From contig JAKZTU010000048.1 of the NCBI GenBank assembly GCA_047516945.1, forward strand, positions 1 through 53,130: a stretch of 53,130 nt of DNA, given 5' to 3'. The notes under the pieces were generated by a model. It did no database searches, had not been told where the DNA came from, and worked only from the letters and a program-made list of their open reading frames with translations. The position numbers and the translations under genes are program-made. The DNA comes from Acidimicrobiales bacterium. Its GTDB lineage: Bacteria > Actinomycetota > Acidimicrobiia > Acidimicrobiales > Aldehydirespiratoraceae. Shown here piece by piece: positions 9,584 to 20,442 of this stretch (positions are counted from its first letter, which is position 1; each line of letters starts with the position of its first letter).

Positions 9584-10119
9584 AGAACGGGATGACCCTG
9601 AATCTCGACGATGGACTCTTTCAGGTTGTCGATTTTCAGCATGTCAAGCCGGGTAAAGGTCATGCCTTTGTTCGCACGAACCTCCGCAACTTGCGCGCCG
9701 GGGGGACTGTGGAACGCACCTTTCGGGCTGGCGAGAAGGTCGAACGGGCCAACATCGACAAGCGCGAGATGCAGTTTCTCTACCGAGACGACGAGGACTA
9801 CGTCTTTATGGACAATGAGTCCTACGAGCAGATCAACGTTGCCCCCGCCACGCTCGGCGACAGCACCAATTTCATTGTCGATGGATCTACCGCCATCCTG
9901 TTGATGTTCGGAACTGAAATCATCGGTACCGACATGGCCGCGGCTGTCGAGCTGAGCGTGGCAGCAACTGAACCAGGTTTGCAGGGTGACCGTTCGTCTG
10001 GCGGCACCAAACCAGCCACCTTGGAGACCGGGTTAGTGATTCAGGTTCCGCTATTCATCGAGACCGGCGAACGGGTCAAGATCGACACCCGTTCGGGTCA
10101 ATACCTCAGTCGCGCGTGA
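9556..10119 (+). CDS. efp: Elongation factor P
   Basis: ITTNDLKNGMTL...HVKPGKGHAFVRT is the hallmark EF-P N-terminus. GTG at 9556 is inferred. Confidence 0.92.
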   Translation: MPVITTNDLKNGMTLNLDDGLFQVVDFQHVKPGKGHAFVRTNLRNLRAGGTVERTFRAGEKVERANIDKREMQFLYRDDEDYVFMDNESYEQINVAPATLGDSTNFIVDGSTAILLMFGTEIIGTDMAAAVELSVAATEPGLQGDRSSGGTKPATLETGLVIQVPLFIETGERVKIDTRSGQYLSRA

Positions 10120-10538
10120 ACGACCTTCCCTCAAGCATCGGTGGTCGTCGGGAGGCCCGAGAAGAAGCCCTGGGTTTGCTCTATGAGATGGAAGTCACCG
10201 GTGATTCGCTGCAAGCAGCCTTGAAAGCCAAACCTTTGCCACCGGAGGACTATGCCCTGCAAATGATCGAGGGTGTTACCAGTCAGCTCTTCGAGTTCGA
10301 CGAGCGGATAGGTGCTCACCTGATGGGTTGGACCGTTGATCGACTAGCAGTGGTTGATCGTGTGCTTGCCCGCATGGCGACCTGGGAGTTGTTTGAACGC
10401 AAAGACGTACCAACCGGCGTAGTGCTGAGCGAGGCAGTGGAACTCGCCTCGCAATACTCCGGCGAGGAATCACCCCGCTTCCTCAACGGCGTGCTCCGTG
10501 CCATCGCCACCGAAGCTCGAGGAGCGGAGGAACGATGA
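10116..10538 (+). CDS. nusB: Transcription antitermination factor NusB
   Basis: RREAREEALGLLYEME..., 140 aa, and the conserved efp-nusB order. Confidence 0.9.
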   Translation: MNDLPSSIGGRREAREEALGLLYEMEVTGDSLQAALKAKPLPPEDYALQMIEGVTSQLFEFDERIGAHLMGWTVDRLAVVDRVLARMATWELFERKDVPTGVVLSEAVELASQYSGEESPRFLNGVLRAIATEARGAEER

Positions 10539-10571
10539 GCACCTCCAGACCACCGAGATGAGGCCAGAGCA

Positions 10572-11111
10572 GTGAGCGAGCGGGCGATCGTGCTTGAAGT
10601 ACCGGACCTGAAATGCGAGTTGATTCGCCTGCGACCGTGGCAACTCGCAGATGCCCCCGAGTTGGAGAAGGCCTGGACGGACCCCGCGATCTTAAGCGAC
10701 TCGGTCGGGCCCGAAGACCGTTCGCTGCGAGATGCCCGCAAGTGGATATCGAGAACCGATGTCCGTCGGCGCGCCGGCGTAGCGGTGGATCTGGTTGTTG
10801 CGGATGCCACCAGCGATTTACTGCTTGGTGAGGTGAGTCTGTACAGGTTCGACAAATCAAGGCGCGCGTCCTTGATTAGTTGGTGGTTGTCGGCTCCGGC
10901 GCGGGGGCAAGGTATCGCCACCCGAGCTGTGAACCTCTTAGCCACTTGGGCGTTGGATGGTCCGCTGAACGCGGTTCTCGCCGAAATCAAGATGAACAAC
11001 GTCAAGTCCCAAGAGCTAGCCACTCGTTGCGGTTTCGATCTTCTGCGCCCGGCCCGCGACTCAACCCCAGCCGTTTTTGTCCGCCGCGCTAGCGGGGCAC
11101 AGCCGAAGTAA
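10572..11111 (+). CDS. GNAT family N-acetyltransferase (RimJ/RimL-like)
   Basis: LRPWQLADAPEL..., ARGQGIATRAV acetyl-CoA loop; 179 aa. Confidence 0.8.
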   Translation: MSERAIVLEVPDLKCELIRLRPWQLADAPELEKAWTDPAILSDSVGPEDRSLRDARKWISRTDVRRRAGVAVDLVVADATSDLLLGEVSLYRFDKSRRASLISWWLSAPARGQGIATRAVNLLATWALDGPLNAVLAEIKMNNVKSQELATRCGFDLLRPARDSTPAVFVRRASGAQPK

Positions 11112-11185
11112 AACCGGGAAATCCACAGGTGGGTGCCGTGGAGTACGCGAGCGCGCGTGATACCTTCGGGTCTCGACCATGAAAC

Positions 11186-11211
11186 GAGTCCAGTGAGGCT
11201 CGAATGGACGG
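11186..11211 (+). promoter_or_regulatory. Candidate PyrR-binding RNA hairpin directly upstream of the pyrR RBS
   Basis: GAGUCCAGUGAGGCUCGAAUGGAC: stem GUCCA (11188-11192) pairs with UGGAC (11205-11209). The loop region closely resembles the PyrR binding-loop consensus UCCAGAGAGGCU. GGGAGAA follows, then the GTG at 11221. Confidence 0.55.
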
Positions 11212-11220
11212 GAGAATTTA

Positions 11221-11787
11221 GTGGCAGAGCGAGAACGGCGATTGGCTGGCACACCCTCGGGCGGTGTTTTCCAAGCCCGGACCCAAGTAATGACCGCGTC
11301 CGATGTAACCCGAGCGATTCGGCGCATGGCTCACGAGATTCTCGAACGCAACTCGGGTTGCGCGGATGTCGTGATAGTCGGTTTGCAAACAGGCGGAGTC
11401 AGCCTCGCCGAGCGCCTAGTGAACGACATCAGTCAGATCGAAGGAACCGATGTCGCGGTCGGGAGTCTCGACGCCACCATGCACCGCGACGATTTTGATC
11501 TCCGCCCGATCATGTCCGAAGCGGCCACCGTGATCCCAGTCGACCCAACCGGCAAGATCATCGTGTTGGTCGATGATGTCCTCTACACGGGGCGCACGGT
11601 GCGTGCTGCACTCGACGCGATTCACAGTTATGGACGACCAAAAGCGATTCAGCTCGCGGTGATGGTTGATCGCGGCCACCGCGAACTTCCGATTCGCCCC
11701 GACTTCGTCGGCAAGAACCTGCCGACCCGCCGAGCTGAAATGGTCGATGTCAACAGCGGTGGTGTTGACCTGGGGGAGATCTCGTGA
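11221..11787 (+). CDS. pyrR: Bifunctional pyrimidine operon regulator / uracil phosphoribosyltransferase PyrR
   Basis: AIRRMAHEILERN, the VLVDDVLYTGRTVRAAL PRPP motif, and position as the first gene of the pyr operon. Confidence 0.92.
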   Translation: MAERERRLAGTPSGGVFQARTQVMTASDVTRAIRRMAHEILERNSGCADVVIVGLQTGGVSLAERLVNDISQIEGTDVAVGSLDATMHRDDFDLRPIMSEAATVIPVDPTGKIIVLVDDVLYTGRTVRAALDAIHSYGRPKAIQLAVMVDRGHRELPIRPDFVGKNLPTRRAEMVDVNSGGVDLGEIS

Positions 11788-12752
11788 AAGCCCTGCGGCA
11801 TCTGCTATCGATGGACGACCTCGACCGCGACGATATCGATTACCTGCTCGACCTCACGGAACGATACGTCGAAGTAAGCGAACGGAAGATCCCGCGGATC
11901 CCCGCGCTTCGAGGCAAGACCGTAGCCTTGGTCTTCTACGAGGATTCCACGCGCACCCGAATCAGCTTCGCCACCGCTGCTAGTCGACTCTCCGCGGACA
12001 CCTTAGGGTTCGATGTCAAGCGTTCTTCGGTCAACAAGGGCGAGTCATTGCGCGACACGATCGAGACCATTTCCGCAATGGGTGTCCATGGCGTCGTGCT
12101 GCGTCACTTTGGCGCAGGTGCCCCTTGGCGTATCTGCGAATGGACCGATGCCTCAGTGATCAACGGGGGTGACGGCCGCAACCAACACCCCACCCAGTCT
12201 CTGGCCGATCTGTTCACGGCGCGTCAACATCTAGGAGAACTCGACGGTAAGCGTGTCGCCATCGTGGGCGACATCAAGAACTCGCGAGTTGCTCGATCCA
12301 ACGCCATCGGGTTCACCAAAATGGGTGCAGAAGTCATCTTCGTTGCCCCGCGAACGCTGCTGCCGGCAAGTCTTGAAGGCTGGCCGGTCGGCGTTACCCA
12401 TAACCTCGACGAAGTAGTTGACGAGGTTGATATCTGTTATCTGCTGCGCATGCAACTCGAACGCCAGCATGGTGCCGCGGTGCCCACGCTGCGAGAGTTC
12501 CACCACGAGTTCGGGCTGACCGCGGCCCGTGCAGACCGGCTCAAAGACGATGCGTTAATCATGCATCCCGGCCCGATGAACCGAGACGTTGAAATCGCTG
12601 GCGAAGTTGCTGACCGCCCCAATGCCGTCATTACCGAGCAGGTCGCAAACGGTGTTGCCGTGCGCATGGCAGTGCTGTTCGTGCTGATCGGTTCGAGACT
12701 TGATCTCGTCGAAGAAGGCAGTCTTGTCGACCAAGAGAGTGCGGTGGCATGA
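11784..12752 (+). CDS. pyrB: Aspartate carbamoyltransferase catalytic subunit
   Basis: FYEDSTRTRISF, HPTQ and HPGP motifs. GTGA overlap with pyrR. Confidence 0.94.
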   Translation: MKALRHLLSMDDLDRDDIDYLLDLTERYVEVSERKIPRIPALRGKTVALVFYEDSTRTRISFATAASRLSADTLGFDVKRSSVNKGESLRDTIETISAMGVHGVVLRHFGAGAPWRICEWTDASVINGGDGRNQHPTQSLADLFTARQHLGELDGKRVAIVGDIKNSRVARSNAIGFTKMGAEVIFVAPRTLLPASLEGWPVGVTHNLDEVVDEVDICYLLRMQLERQHGAAVPTLREFHHEFGLTAARADRLKDDALIMHPGPMNRDVEIAGEVADRPNAVITEQVANGVAVRMAVLFVLIGSRLDLVEEGSLVDQESAVA

Positions 12753-14047
12753 GCACCCTGGCCATTCGCGGCGGAACAGTGATTGACGCGCAAGGCTCTC
12801 GACGCGCCGATGTGGTGATCGGTGATGAGGGCACAATTCTCGCCGTAGATTCGGGACTCACCGCCGATCATTCCCTCAATGCCAGTGACTGTGTTGTCTC
12901 ACCAGGATTTGTCGATCTTCACGTTCATCTCCGTCAACCCGGAAACGAAGCAGCCGAAACAATCGACACCGGTGCCCGCGCGGCAGCTTTGGGCGGATTT
13001 ACCGCGGTGGTGGCTATGCCCAACACCGACCCGGCCATGGACTGTGTTTCGGTGATCAGCGAAGTACGGGCTCTTGGCGAGACGGCGATTTGCGAGGTGG
13101 TTCCCTCAGCGGCAATTTCGGTGGGACGCCGAGGCGAAGCGCTGGCACCCATGGCCGAACTCGTGCGTGCAGGAGTTCGGATTTTCACAGACGACGGCAA
13201 CGGAGTGCAGGACGACCAACTGATGCGCACGGCGTTGGAATACGCCAGTTCACTTGAGCACTTGTGCCCCGGTGAAGCCATCGTGTTGGCACAGCACTGC
13301 GAAGTCGAATCTCTCAGCAAGGGCGGTTTCATGCATGAGGGAAAGTGGTCGAGCTGGCTGGGAATCCCCGGTCAACCATCCGAAGCAGAAGAGTTGATGG
13401 TGATGAGAGATATCGCGCTTTGCCGTCTCACCGGTGCACGGGTCCATTTCCAGCACATGTCGACCGCCGGTTCGGTTTCCATGATCCGCGCGGCCAAAGC
13501 CGCAGGGCTGCCAGTCACAGCTGAGGCTGCGACTCACCACTTTTGCCTGACCGAGGCTTGTTGTCAGAGTTACGACCCGGTCTACAAGGTGCATCCACCG
13601 CTGCGCACCGACGCGGATGTGGAAGCGGTGAAAGCTGGTCTCGCCGATGGCACAATCGACGCCATCGCTACTGACCATGCTCCCCACACGCCCAAGTTGA
13701 AGCAACAGACGTTCGCCGACGCGCCCCCAGGAATGCTCGGACTCGAGACTGCCTTCGCGCTAGCCAACACGCATCTCGATATGCCGATTGAGTCGCTGCT
13801 CAGGGCGATGTCTTGGCGCCCCGCGGCCATTGCCGGCCTAAGCGAAACCCATGGCGGACCAATCAAAGAAGGTTCCGTGGCAAACCTCACGGTGATCGAC
13901 CCCGACGCGGCTTGGACAGTTTCAGCAGCAGCGATGGCGAGCCGTAGCTCCAACACGCCCTATGAGGGAATGGCGCTACGGGGGAGAGTGCGTCACACCA
14001 TCTACCAAGGAGAGGCCGTGGTAATCGACGGTGTCGCGCAACGATGA
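12749..14047 (+). CDS. pyrC: Dihydroorotase
   Basis: GFVDLHVHLRQPG, the DHAPH motif, and ATGA overlaps on both sides. Confidence 0.93.
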   Translation: MSTLAIRGGTVIDAQGSRRADVVIGDEGTILAVDSGLTADHSLNASDCVVSPGFVDLHVHLRQPGNEAAETIDTGARAAALGGFTAVVAMPNTDPAMDCVSVISEVRALGETAICEVVPSAAISVGRRGEALAPMAELVRAGVRIFTDDGNGVQDDQLMRTALEYASSLEHLCPGEAIVLAQHCEVESLSKGGFMHEGKWSSWLGIPGQPSEAEELMVMRDIALCRLTGARVHFQHMSTAGSVSMIRAAKAAGLPVTAEAATHHFCLTEACCQSYDPVYKVHPPLRTDADVEAVKAGLADGTIDAIATDHAPHTPKLKQQTFADAPPGMLGLETAFALANTHLDMPIESLLRAMSWRPAAIAGLSETHGGPIKEGSVANLTVIDPDAAWTVSAAAMASRSSNTPYEGMALRGRVRHTIYQGEAVVIDGVAQR

Positions 14048-15144
14048 GCGGTTCTCGTTCGATTCGCGCCTATCGGCTGGTGTTGGCTGACGGCGAAGTC
14101 TTTGAAGGCGAAGGTATAGGCGCTGATCCAGTCGATGGTGTTGCGTCAGGCGAGGTCGTGTTCAACACGGTTCTGTCCGGCTACCAAGAGGTGATTACCG
14201 ATCCGTCGTATGCGGGCCAGATCATTACGTTTACCTACCCACACATCGGCAACTACGGGGTGAATCCCACAGACGACGAAGCACACAGGCCGTTTTGTGA
14301 GGGTGTCATCATCCGCGACCTTGCCCGTCGACACAGCAATTGGCGCTCACAAGGTGATCTTGACACTTTCTTGCGTACCCACAACCTGGCTGGCATCGCG
14401 GGCGTGGACACTCGTCGCCTCACCCGTCACATTCGCGACTTCGGAGCTATGCCGGGAGCATTCGGTTCAGCCGACGAAGAGAAACTGCGGGCCGCGGCCA
14501 TCGCAGACCCCACAACGAGCGGGGTTGACCTTGTGCGAGTGGTGTCCACCAAAGAGCCATACACGGTCGGGAGCGGCAAGCGCCGGGTTATCGCCTATGA
14601 CCTCGGGATCAAGTCCACAATGCTGCGCCATCTGTCAGAGTTGGCAACGGTCACGGTCGTGCCCGCAGACACCCCTGCCAGCGATGTGCTGGCCGTCTCA
14701 CCCGACGGAGTCTTCTTGTCCAACGGTCCCGGTGATCCACAAATGGCTGGATCGATTGTCAACGAACTCCCGAAGTTGCTTGGACGTGTGCCGATCTTCG
14801 GGATTTGCCTCGGACACCAAGTGCTGTCGTTGGCCCTTGGTGGCAACACCTTCAAGATGAAGTTCGGGCACCACGGCGGCAACGTGCCGGTGAAAGATGT
14901 TCGTAGCGGCAAAGTTGAGATCACCAGCCAAAACCACAACTTCGCGGTGGAGATCGGATCGGTTTCCAATGTCGTTGAAACGCATGTGTGCCTGAACGAT
15001 GGCGTTCTCGAAGGGATGTTCCACAAAGACCTTCCGGTATTCAGCGTGCAGTACCACCCGGAAGCCGGGCCGGGTCCCCACGACAGCCGCTACCTGTTCA
15101 AGGATTTCGCGCAGCATATGGACACAACAGGTCTGGTCGCCTAG
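14044..15144 (+). CDS. carA: Carbamoyl-phosphate synthase small (glutaminase) subunit
   Basis: GICLGHQ catalytic Cys motif and the YHPEA region. Confidence 0.94.
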   Translation: MSGSRSIRAYRLVLADGEVFEGEGIGADPVDGVASGEVVFNTVLSGYQEVITDPSYAGQIITFTYPHIGNYGVNPTDDEAHRPFCEGVIIRDLARRHSNWRSQGDLDTFLRTHNLAGIAGVDTRRLTRHIRDFGAMPGAFGSADEEKLRAAAIADPTTSGVDLVRVVSTKEPYTVGSGKRRVIAYDLGIKSTMLRHLSELATVTVVPADTPASDVLAVSPDGVFLSNGPGDPQMAGSIVNELPKLLGRVPIFGICLGHQVLSLALGGNTFKMKFGHHGGNVPVKDVRSGKVEITSQNHNFAVEIGSVSNVVETHVCLNDGVLEGMFHKDLPVFSVQYHPEAGPGPHDSRYLFKDFAQHMDTTGLVA

Positions 15145-18100
15145 TGCCGCGCAGAGACGACATCGAATCAATCCTGATCATCGGTTCTGGCCCAATCGTC
15201 ATTGGACAGGCTTGTGAGTTCGACTACTCCGGGACACAAGCGTGCCGAGCACTCAAAGAGGAGGGCTACCGCGTCATCCTGGCCAACTCGAACCCGGCGA
15301 CGATCATGACCGATCCCGATTTCGCCGACGCCACCTACATTGAACCCCTTGATTCAGCGTTCCTGACCAAGATCATCGAAAAAGAAAAACGCGACAACCC
15401 TGACAAAACCATGGCTCTGCTACCGACACTGGGTGGACAAACCGGGTTGAACCTGGCGATGGAACTCGAACGGGAAGGCGTGCTGGGAGAGCACAACATT
15501 GAACTGATCGGCGCAGATGCAACCGCAATCGCTACAGCCGAAGACCGAGACCTTTTCAAGCAGGCTATGACCGAAATTGGGTTGGAAGTCGCCCGTTCCG
15601 GGATCGCCCACGACATGGAAAAAGCGCGTGAAGTGGTCGACGAAGTCGGCCTACCTGTCATTGTCCGCCCCGCGTACATCCTCGGTGGCCGGGGTACCGG
15701 GATCGCTTCGACACGCCAAGAGTTTGAGAAAATAGCCCGCTACGGCCTCGACTGCAGCCCAATCTCAGAGATTCTGATTGAAGAGTCGATAGCCGGTTGG
15801 AAAGAATACGAACTGGAAGTCATGCGCGACCGCCACGACAACTGCGTGGTGGTGTGTGCCATCGAAAACTTCGATCCCATGGGTGTGCACACCGGTGATT
15901 CGATAACTGTGGCACCGACCCAGACCCTCTCCGATGTCGAGTATCAGAAACTTCGCGACGGATCGTTTGCGTGTATCCGCCGGGTCGGGGTCGAGACAGG
16001 AGGGTCCAATGTGCAATGGGCGGTCCACCCCGACACTGGTCGGCAGGTCATCATCGAGATGAACCCGCGTGTGAGCCGCTCATCAGCGTTGGCCTCGAAA
16101 GCAACCGGGTTCCCAATAGCCAAGATCGCAGCAAAACTTGCCGTGGGTTACACCCTCGACGAGATACCCAACGACATCACCAAAAAAACGCCGGCCTCCT
16201 TTGAGCCTTCAATCGACTATGTAGTTACGAAGGTGCCGCGCTGGGCATTCGAGAAGTTCCCGGGTACATCGGGAATCTTGGGGACTTCGATGCAAAGCGT
16301 TGGCGAGGTGATGTCCATTGGCAGGACTTTTCCAGAGTCGTTACAAAAGGCGCTGCGCTCACTCGAACAAGGACGCTACGGCCTCAACTGCGACCCAGGA
16401 GAAGCAGCGTTCGACCAACTTGACGACCAAGCACTGCTGGCTGCCGCGTCGGTCGCCACACCCGACCGTCCGTTTCAGCTGGAAGCCCTGCTTCGGCGAG
16501 GAACTTCGGTAGAGAAAATTAATGAAGCGACGGCTGTTGATCTCTGGTTCCTTGACCAGATGCTGTTGATTACCGAGGAGCGGGCCTACCTCGCCACTCG
16601 TACTCTCGACGACATTGACAGGCGGGATCTCAAACGCGCCAAGCAACTCGGCTTCTCCGACTGTCAGCTCGCCTATCTGTGGAGTACCACAGAGGCGCAA
16701 GTGCGTGAACGACGGCTGGCTGTTGGCGTCAAAACGACGTTCAAAACGGTCGATACTTGCGCTGCGGAGTTCGACGCCGAAACCCCTTATCACTATTCGA
16801 CCTACGAAGACACCGATGAGGTTCGGCCCGGTGAGCGTGAACGGGTCATCATCTTGGGTTCGGGACCAAACCGCATCGGTCAAGGCATCGAGTTCGACTA
16901 CTGCTGCGTGCATGCCAGCTTTGCTCTCAGAGATGCCGGATTTGAGACGGTAATGGTCAACTGCAACCCCGAAACGGTCTCCACCGACTACGACACCTCG
17001 GACCGCCTCTATTTTGAGCCTCTCACCTATGAGGATGTGATGAACATCATTGAGATTGAGAAACCGCTCGGTGTCATAGTGTCTTTGGGGGGACAAACGC
17101 CTCTGAAGCTCGCCGATCAACTGCCTGCAGAACTCATTTTGGGCACATCGCCGAGCGCTATTGACGCAGCAGAAGATCGAGAGCAGTGGAACGCACTCTG
17201 CGCCCGGCTTGAAATCCCCCAGCCCGCTGGTGGAACAGCCAAAAACACTGAAGAAGCTCTCGAGATCACCTCCCGTATTGGCTACCCGGCGCTGGTGCGC
17301 CCATCATATGTGCTCGGCGGGCGGGCCATGGAAATCGTCTACGACGACGAAAACCTCCGCAGAGCGATGGACGAACTAGCAGGTTTTGGATCTCTCGGTC
17401 GTGAGGGAGGACTGTCCGCGCAACGCCCGGTCCTAATCGATCGTTTCCTCGAAGATGCCACCGAGGTTGATGTGGATGCGATACGAGATCACCTCGGCGA
17501 TTTCGTCATTGGCGCAGTAATGGAGCACGTCGAGGAAGCCGGTGTACACAGCGGAGACTCAGCTTGTTCGATTCCACCGACGAATCTCACCGCCCCCACT
17601 GTCGAACTGATCGAGAGCTACACCGCCAGGATCGCCGCGGTCCTGGACATCAGGGGACTGATCAACGTTCAGTACGCGGTAAAGGAGAACCAGGTCTTTG
17701 TGATCGAGGCGAACCCGCGAGCTTCGAGAACGGTGCCATTCGTCGCTAAAGCAACCGGTGTTCCGCTCGCCAAAGTGGCCAGCCGAGTAATGCTCGGCGC
17801 CACGCTAGAAGAACTTCGCGCCGAAGGTCTGCTGACAGAGCGGGGGAACTCTGAACATGTGGCGGTGAAGGAAGCGGTGCTGCCGTTCAATCGGTTTCCC
17901 GAAGCCGACGCGGTGCTCGGGCCAGAAATGCGTTCCACCGGTGAGGTGATGGGGATTGATCTGACCCCAGGATTGGCGTTCATGAAATCACAACTGGCGG
18001 CCGGTACCCGACTTCCAGAAGCTGGAACAGAAGACGTCACGGTGTTCATGTCGCTAGCGGACCGCGACAAGACCCTCGGTGCTGCTGTAGGACGCGGTTT

Positions 18101-18494
18101 TCGAGATCTTGGATTTTCGATTGTTGCCACCAGAGGCACCGCAGCAATGCTGCAAGTCGCTGGGGTTACCGTAGACACCATCGTCTCCAAACTTGGTGAA
18201 AGTGGCGGAGTCCACGCGGTTGAGTTGATCGAACGCGGTGATGTGCAATTGGTCGTCAATTCTCCGAGGGGCCGCCGCCCCCGCGCTGACGGAGCGCACA
18301 TTCGCACTGCTGCGGGACTGGCTAACGTGCCGCTGCTGACCACCGCAGCCGCAGCGATGGCTGCGGTTGAAGGGCTGCGAGACTGGGCTCGGTACCCGTT
18401 GCGGGTTCGGAGTCTTCAGGAGTATCACCAGCGAGGCGGATATCCGGGCGCGGTTGGCGGTTTCGAATGGGGCCAAGCGGTGAGTGAGCAGTGA
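15144..18494 (+). CDS. carB: Carbamoyl-phosphate synthase large subunit
   Basis: Starts [30 protein letters not shown], with duplicated ATP-grasp halves. GTG at 15144 shares a base with the carA TAG. The 52-codon upstream extension overlaps carA and was rejected. Confidence 0.94.
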   Translation: MPRRDDIESILIIGSGPIVIGQACEFDYSGTQACRALKEEGYRVILANSNPATIMTDPDFADATYIEPLDSAFLTKIIEKEKRDNPDKTMALLPTLGGQTGLNLAMELEREGVLGEHNIELIGADATAIATAEDRDLFKQAMTEIGLEVARSGIAHDMEKAREVVDEVGLPVIVRPAYILGGRGTGIASTRQEFEKIARYGLDCSPISEILIEESIAGWKEYELEVMRDRHDNCVVVCAIENFDPMGVHTGDSITVAPTQTLSDVEYQKLRDGSFACIRRVGVETGGSNVQWAVHPDTGRQVIIEMNPRVSRSSALASKATGFPIAKIAAKLAVGYTLDEIPNDITKKTPASFEPSIDYVVTKVPRWAFEKFPGTSGILGTSMQSVGEVMSIGRTFPESLQKALRSLEQGRYGLNCDPGEAAFDQLDDQALLAAASVATPDRPFQLEALLRRGTSVEKINEATAVDLWFLDQMLLITEERAYLATRTLDDIDRRDLKRAKQLGFSDCQLAYLWSTTEAQVRERRLAVGVKTTFKTVDTCAAEFDAETPYHYSTYEDTDEVRPGERERVIILGSGPNRIGQGIEFDYCCVHASFALRDAGFETVMVNCNPETVSTDYDTSDRLYFEPLTYEDVMNIIEIEKPLGVIVSLGGQTPLKLADQLPAELILGTSPSAIDAAEDREQWNALCARLEIPQPAGGTAKNTEEALEITSRIGYPALVRPSYVLGGRAMEIVYDDENLRRAMDELAGFGSLGREGGLSAQRPVLIDRFLEDATEVDVDAIRDHLGDFVIGAVMEHVEEAGVHSGDSACSIPPTNLTAPTVELIESYTARIAAVLDIRGLINVQYAVKENQVFVIEANPRASRTVPFVAKATGVPLAKVASRVMLGATLEELRAEGLLTERGNSEHVAVKEAVLPFNRFPEADAVLGPEMRSTGEVMGIDLTPGLAFMKSQLAAGTRLPEAGTEDVTVFMSLADRDKTLGAAVGRGFRDLGFSIVATRGTAAMLQVAGVTVDTIVSKLGESGGVHAVELIERGDVQLVVNSPRGRRPRADGAHIRTAAGLANVPLLTTAAAAMAAVEGLRDWARYPLRVRSLQEYHQRGGYPGAVGGFEWGQAVSEQ

Positions 18495-19405
18495 TCGATC
18501 TGTCGACGTCTGTGGGCTCGGTGAAGCTGAAAGCTCCGGTTCTGACCGCTTCAGGCACGGTTGGATACGGTGCAGAGTTCGCTCGATACCTGCGTCCCGC
18601 GGAACTAGGCGCAGTAGTGGTCAAGTCGATGAAAGCCACGCCGTGGGAAGGCAATCCCGCACCTCGTGTACACCCGACCCCCGCCGGCATGATCAACAGT
18701 GTCGGACTCCAAGGCTTAGGGGCAAAGCACTGGCTCGAACATGAACTGCCACCCTTGGAGGCCACCGGTGCAACCATAGTGGCCAGCATCTGGGGCAACA
18801 CCATCGACGAATACCGGCAGGCCGCCGATGCTCTGGCGCAAGCACCTCCCTGTGTGGTGGCGCTGGAAGTCAACGTGTCATGCCCCAACCTCGAAGACCG
18901 CAGTCGCATGTTCGCCCATAGCGCTAGGGCGACCTCCGACGCCATAGCAGCCACCGCTGGCTGCGGTCGGCCCCGCTGGGCCAAGCTCAGCCCCAACGCC
19001 CCCGACATTGCAGAAATCGCCGCGGCCGCCCATGCCGCCGGCGCAGAGGCTGTGGTTTTGACCAATACTCTGCTGGCGATGGTGATCAATCCCGAGACCC
19101 GCCGTCCAATACTGGGAGCGAAGCGAGGTGGACTCTCGGGAGCGGCCATGCGTCCGGTAGCAGTTAGGGCTGTCTACGACGTCCACGAGGCAATGTCTGC
19201 GTTGCCGATCGTTGGAGTCGGTGGCGTTACCAGCGGAATTGATGTGGTGGAGTACCTGCTTGCGGGTGCTTGCGCGGTTCAGGTTGGCACAGCCACATTC
19301 GCCGATCCTCGAGCGCCGCGACAGATCCTCGGAGAATTTGAACAATGGTGCGATCGCCACGACGTGACCCACTCAAGTGACCTCGTAGGCGCGGCACATG
19401 ACTAA
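18491..19405 (+). CDS. pyrD: Dihydroorotate dehydrogenase, class 1 (catalytic Cys type)
   Basis: [10 protein letters not shown], the NVSCPN active-site Cys motif, and 304 aa. GTGA overlap with carB. Confidence 0.88.
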   Translation: MIDLSTSVGSVKLKAPVLTASGTVGYGAEFARYLRPAELGAVVVKSMKATPWEGNPAPRVHPTPAGMINSVGLQGLGAKHWLEHELPPLEATGATIVASIWGNTIDEYRQAADALAQAPPCVVALEVNVSCPNLEDRSRMFAHSARATSDAIAATAGCGRPRWAKLSPNAPDIAEIAAAAHAAGAEAVVLTNTLLAMVINPETRRPILGAKRGGLSGAAMRPVAVRAVYDVHEAMSALPIVGVGGVTSGIDVVEYLLAGACAVQVGTATFADPRAPRQILGEFEQWCDRHDVTHSSDLVGAAHD

Positions 19406-19457
19406 CTATCGGCGCATATAATTGCCTTCTTTTCTCTTGGCCTCTAGTGTTTCTGTC

Positions 19458-19772
19458 ATGTCTAACCCTCCAAAGTTGTCAGACGAAGCGCGAGCCGCAG
19501 CACTTGCAAAGGCAACCGAAGCGCGAAAGGCCCGTAGAGAGTTGAAGCAACTGTTAAAGATGCGATCGTTGACTCTCGCAGAGGTTCTCGAAAGAGCCGA
19601 CAGCGACGAAATCGTTGCCAAGACGAAGACGCTGGCGGTGATCGAATCGCTTCCCGGAGTAGGGAAGGTCAAGGCCCGACGCGCCATGGAAGACATCGGT
19701 ATCGCTGAAAACCGTCGTCTTCGAGGCCTCGGCCAAAAACAAAGAGCTGAACTTCTAGATAGGTTCGGCTGA
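19458..19772 (+). CDS. mihF: Integration host factor, actinobacterial type (mIHF)
   Basis: MSNPPKLSDEARAAALAKATEARKARRELK...LPGVGKVKA...RRLRGLG..QR..LL..FG matches my memory of mIHF, and the gene sits upstream of gmk as in mycobacteria. Confidence 0.85.
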   Translation: MSNPPKLSDEARAAALAKATEARKARRELKQLLKMRSLTLAEVLERADSDEIVAKTKTLAVIESLPGVGKVKARRAMEDIGIAENRRLRGLGQKQRAELLDRFG

Positions 19773-19805
19773 CCCAAGGTCTCAAGAGAGGCTGGTTGAT
19801 CAACA

Positions 19806-20363
19806 GTGATTGCGGCCTCGGACCAGTTGGTCATCGTTGTCTCCGGCCCCGGTGGGGTTGGGAAAGGCACGCTTGTAGCCCGTCTATTGGACCGAGACCA
19901 GCGGCTCTGGCTTTCGCGCAGTTGGACGACCCGAGCGCGGCGTCCCGGCGAGTCAATGGAGGCCTACCACTTCACAAACCGGGAGTACTTCGACAGGCAC
20001 TTGGAAGCCGGAGGGTTTCTTGAGTGGGTGGACTTTCTAGATTATCGACAGGGCACGCCGGCAGTGGAGCCACCACCCGGACATGATCTTGTCTATGAGA
20101 TCGATGTGTACGGTGCTCAACAGATCCGACAGCACTTTCCAAAGGCTCTGGTCGTTTTTGTAGACGCTCCCTCCCGTGAAGCTCAGCGAGCCCGGCTCCA
20201 AGGCCGTGGCGATCCACCAAACAAGATTGAAGCCAGACTGGCGAAGGCCTCGGACGAGTTGGCTATGGCCCACGAACTTGGTGCAGAGATCTTGATCAAC
20301 GACGACTTGGATCGGGCGCTGACTGAGTTGGAAGCGTTGATTCGCGAGCGTCGCGGGAGCTAG
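19806..20363 (+). CDS. gmk: Guanylate kinase
   Basis: VVSGPGGVGKGT P-loop, TTR motif, 185 aa. Confidence 0.92.
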   Translation: MIAASDQLVIVVSGPGGVGKGTLVARLLDRDQRLWLSRSWTTRARRPGESMEAYHFTNREYFDRHLEAGGFLEWVDFLDYRQGTPAVEPPPGHDLVYEIDVYGAQQIRQHFPKALVVFVDAPSREAQRARLQGRGDPPNKIEARLAKASDELAMAHELGAEILINDDLDRALTELEALIRERRGS

Positions 20364-20442
20364 TGGCGCTGCTACGCTTGTAACTCGGTTGAACACCATG
20401 CGGTAGACGACAAGGTTCGTCGACATCTCGGGAGAAGGCACT

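Noticed and set aside
10316-11254. 312-aa minus-strand ORF
   Set aside because: It is antisense across nusB, the GNAT gene and the pyrR leader. It has Ser/Arg/Ala-rich shadow-frame composition and no motifs.
14988-15143. 52-codon N-terminal extension of the carB ORF
   Set aside because: It overlaps the carA 3' end in another frame and lacks CarB similarity. The conserved CarB N-terminus begins at the GTG at 15144.
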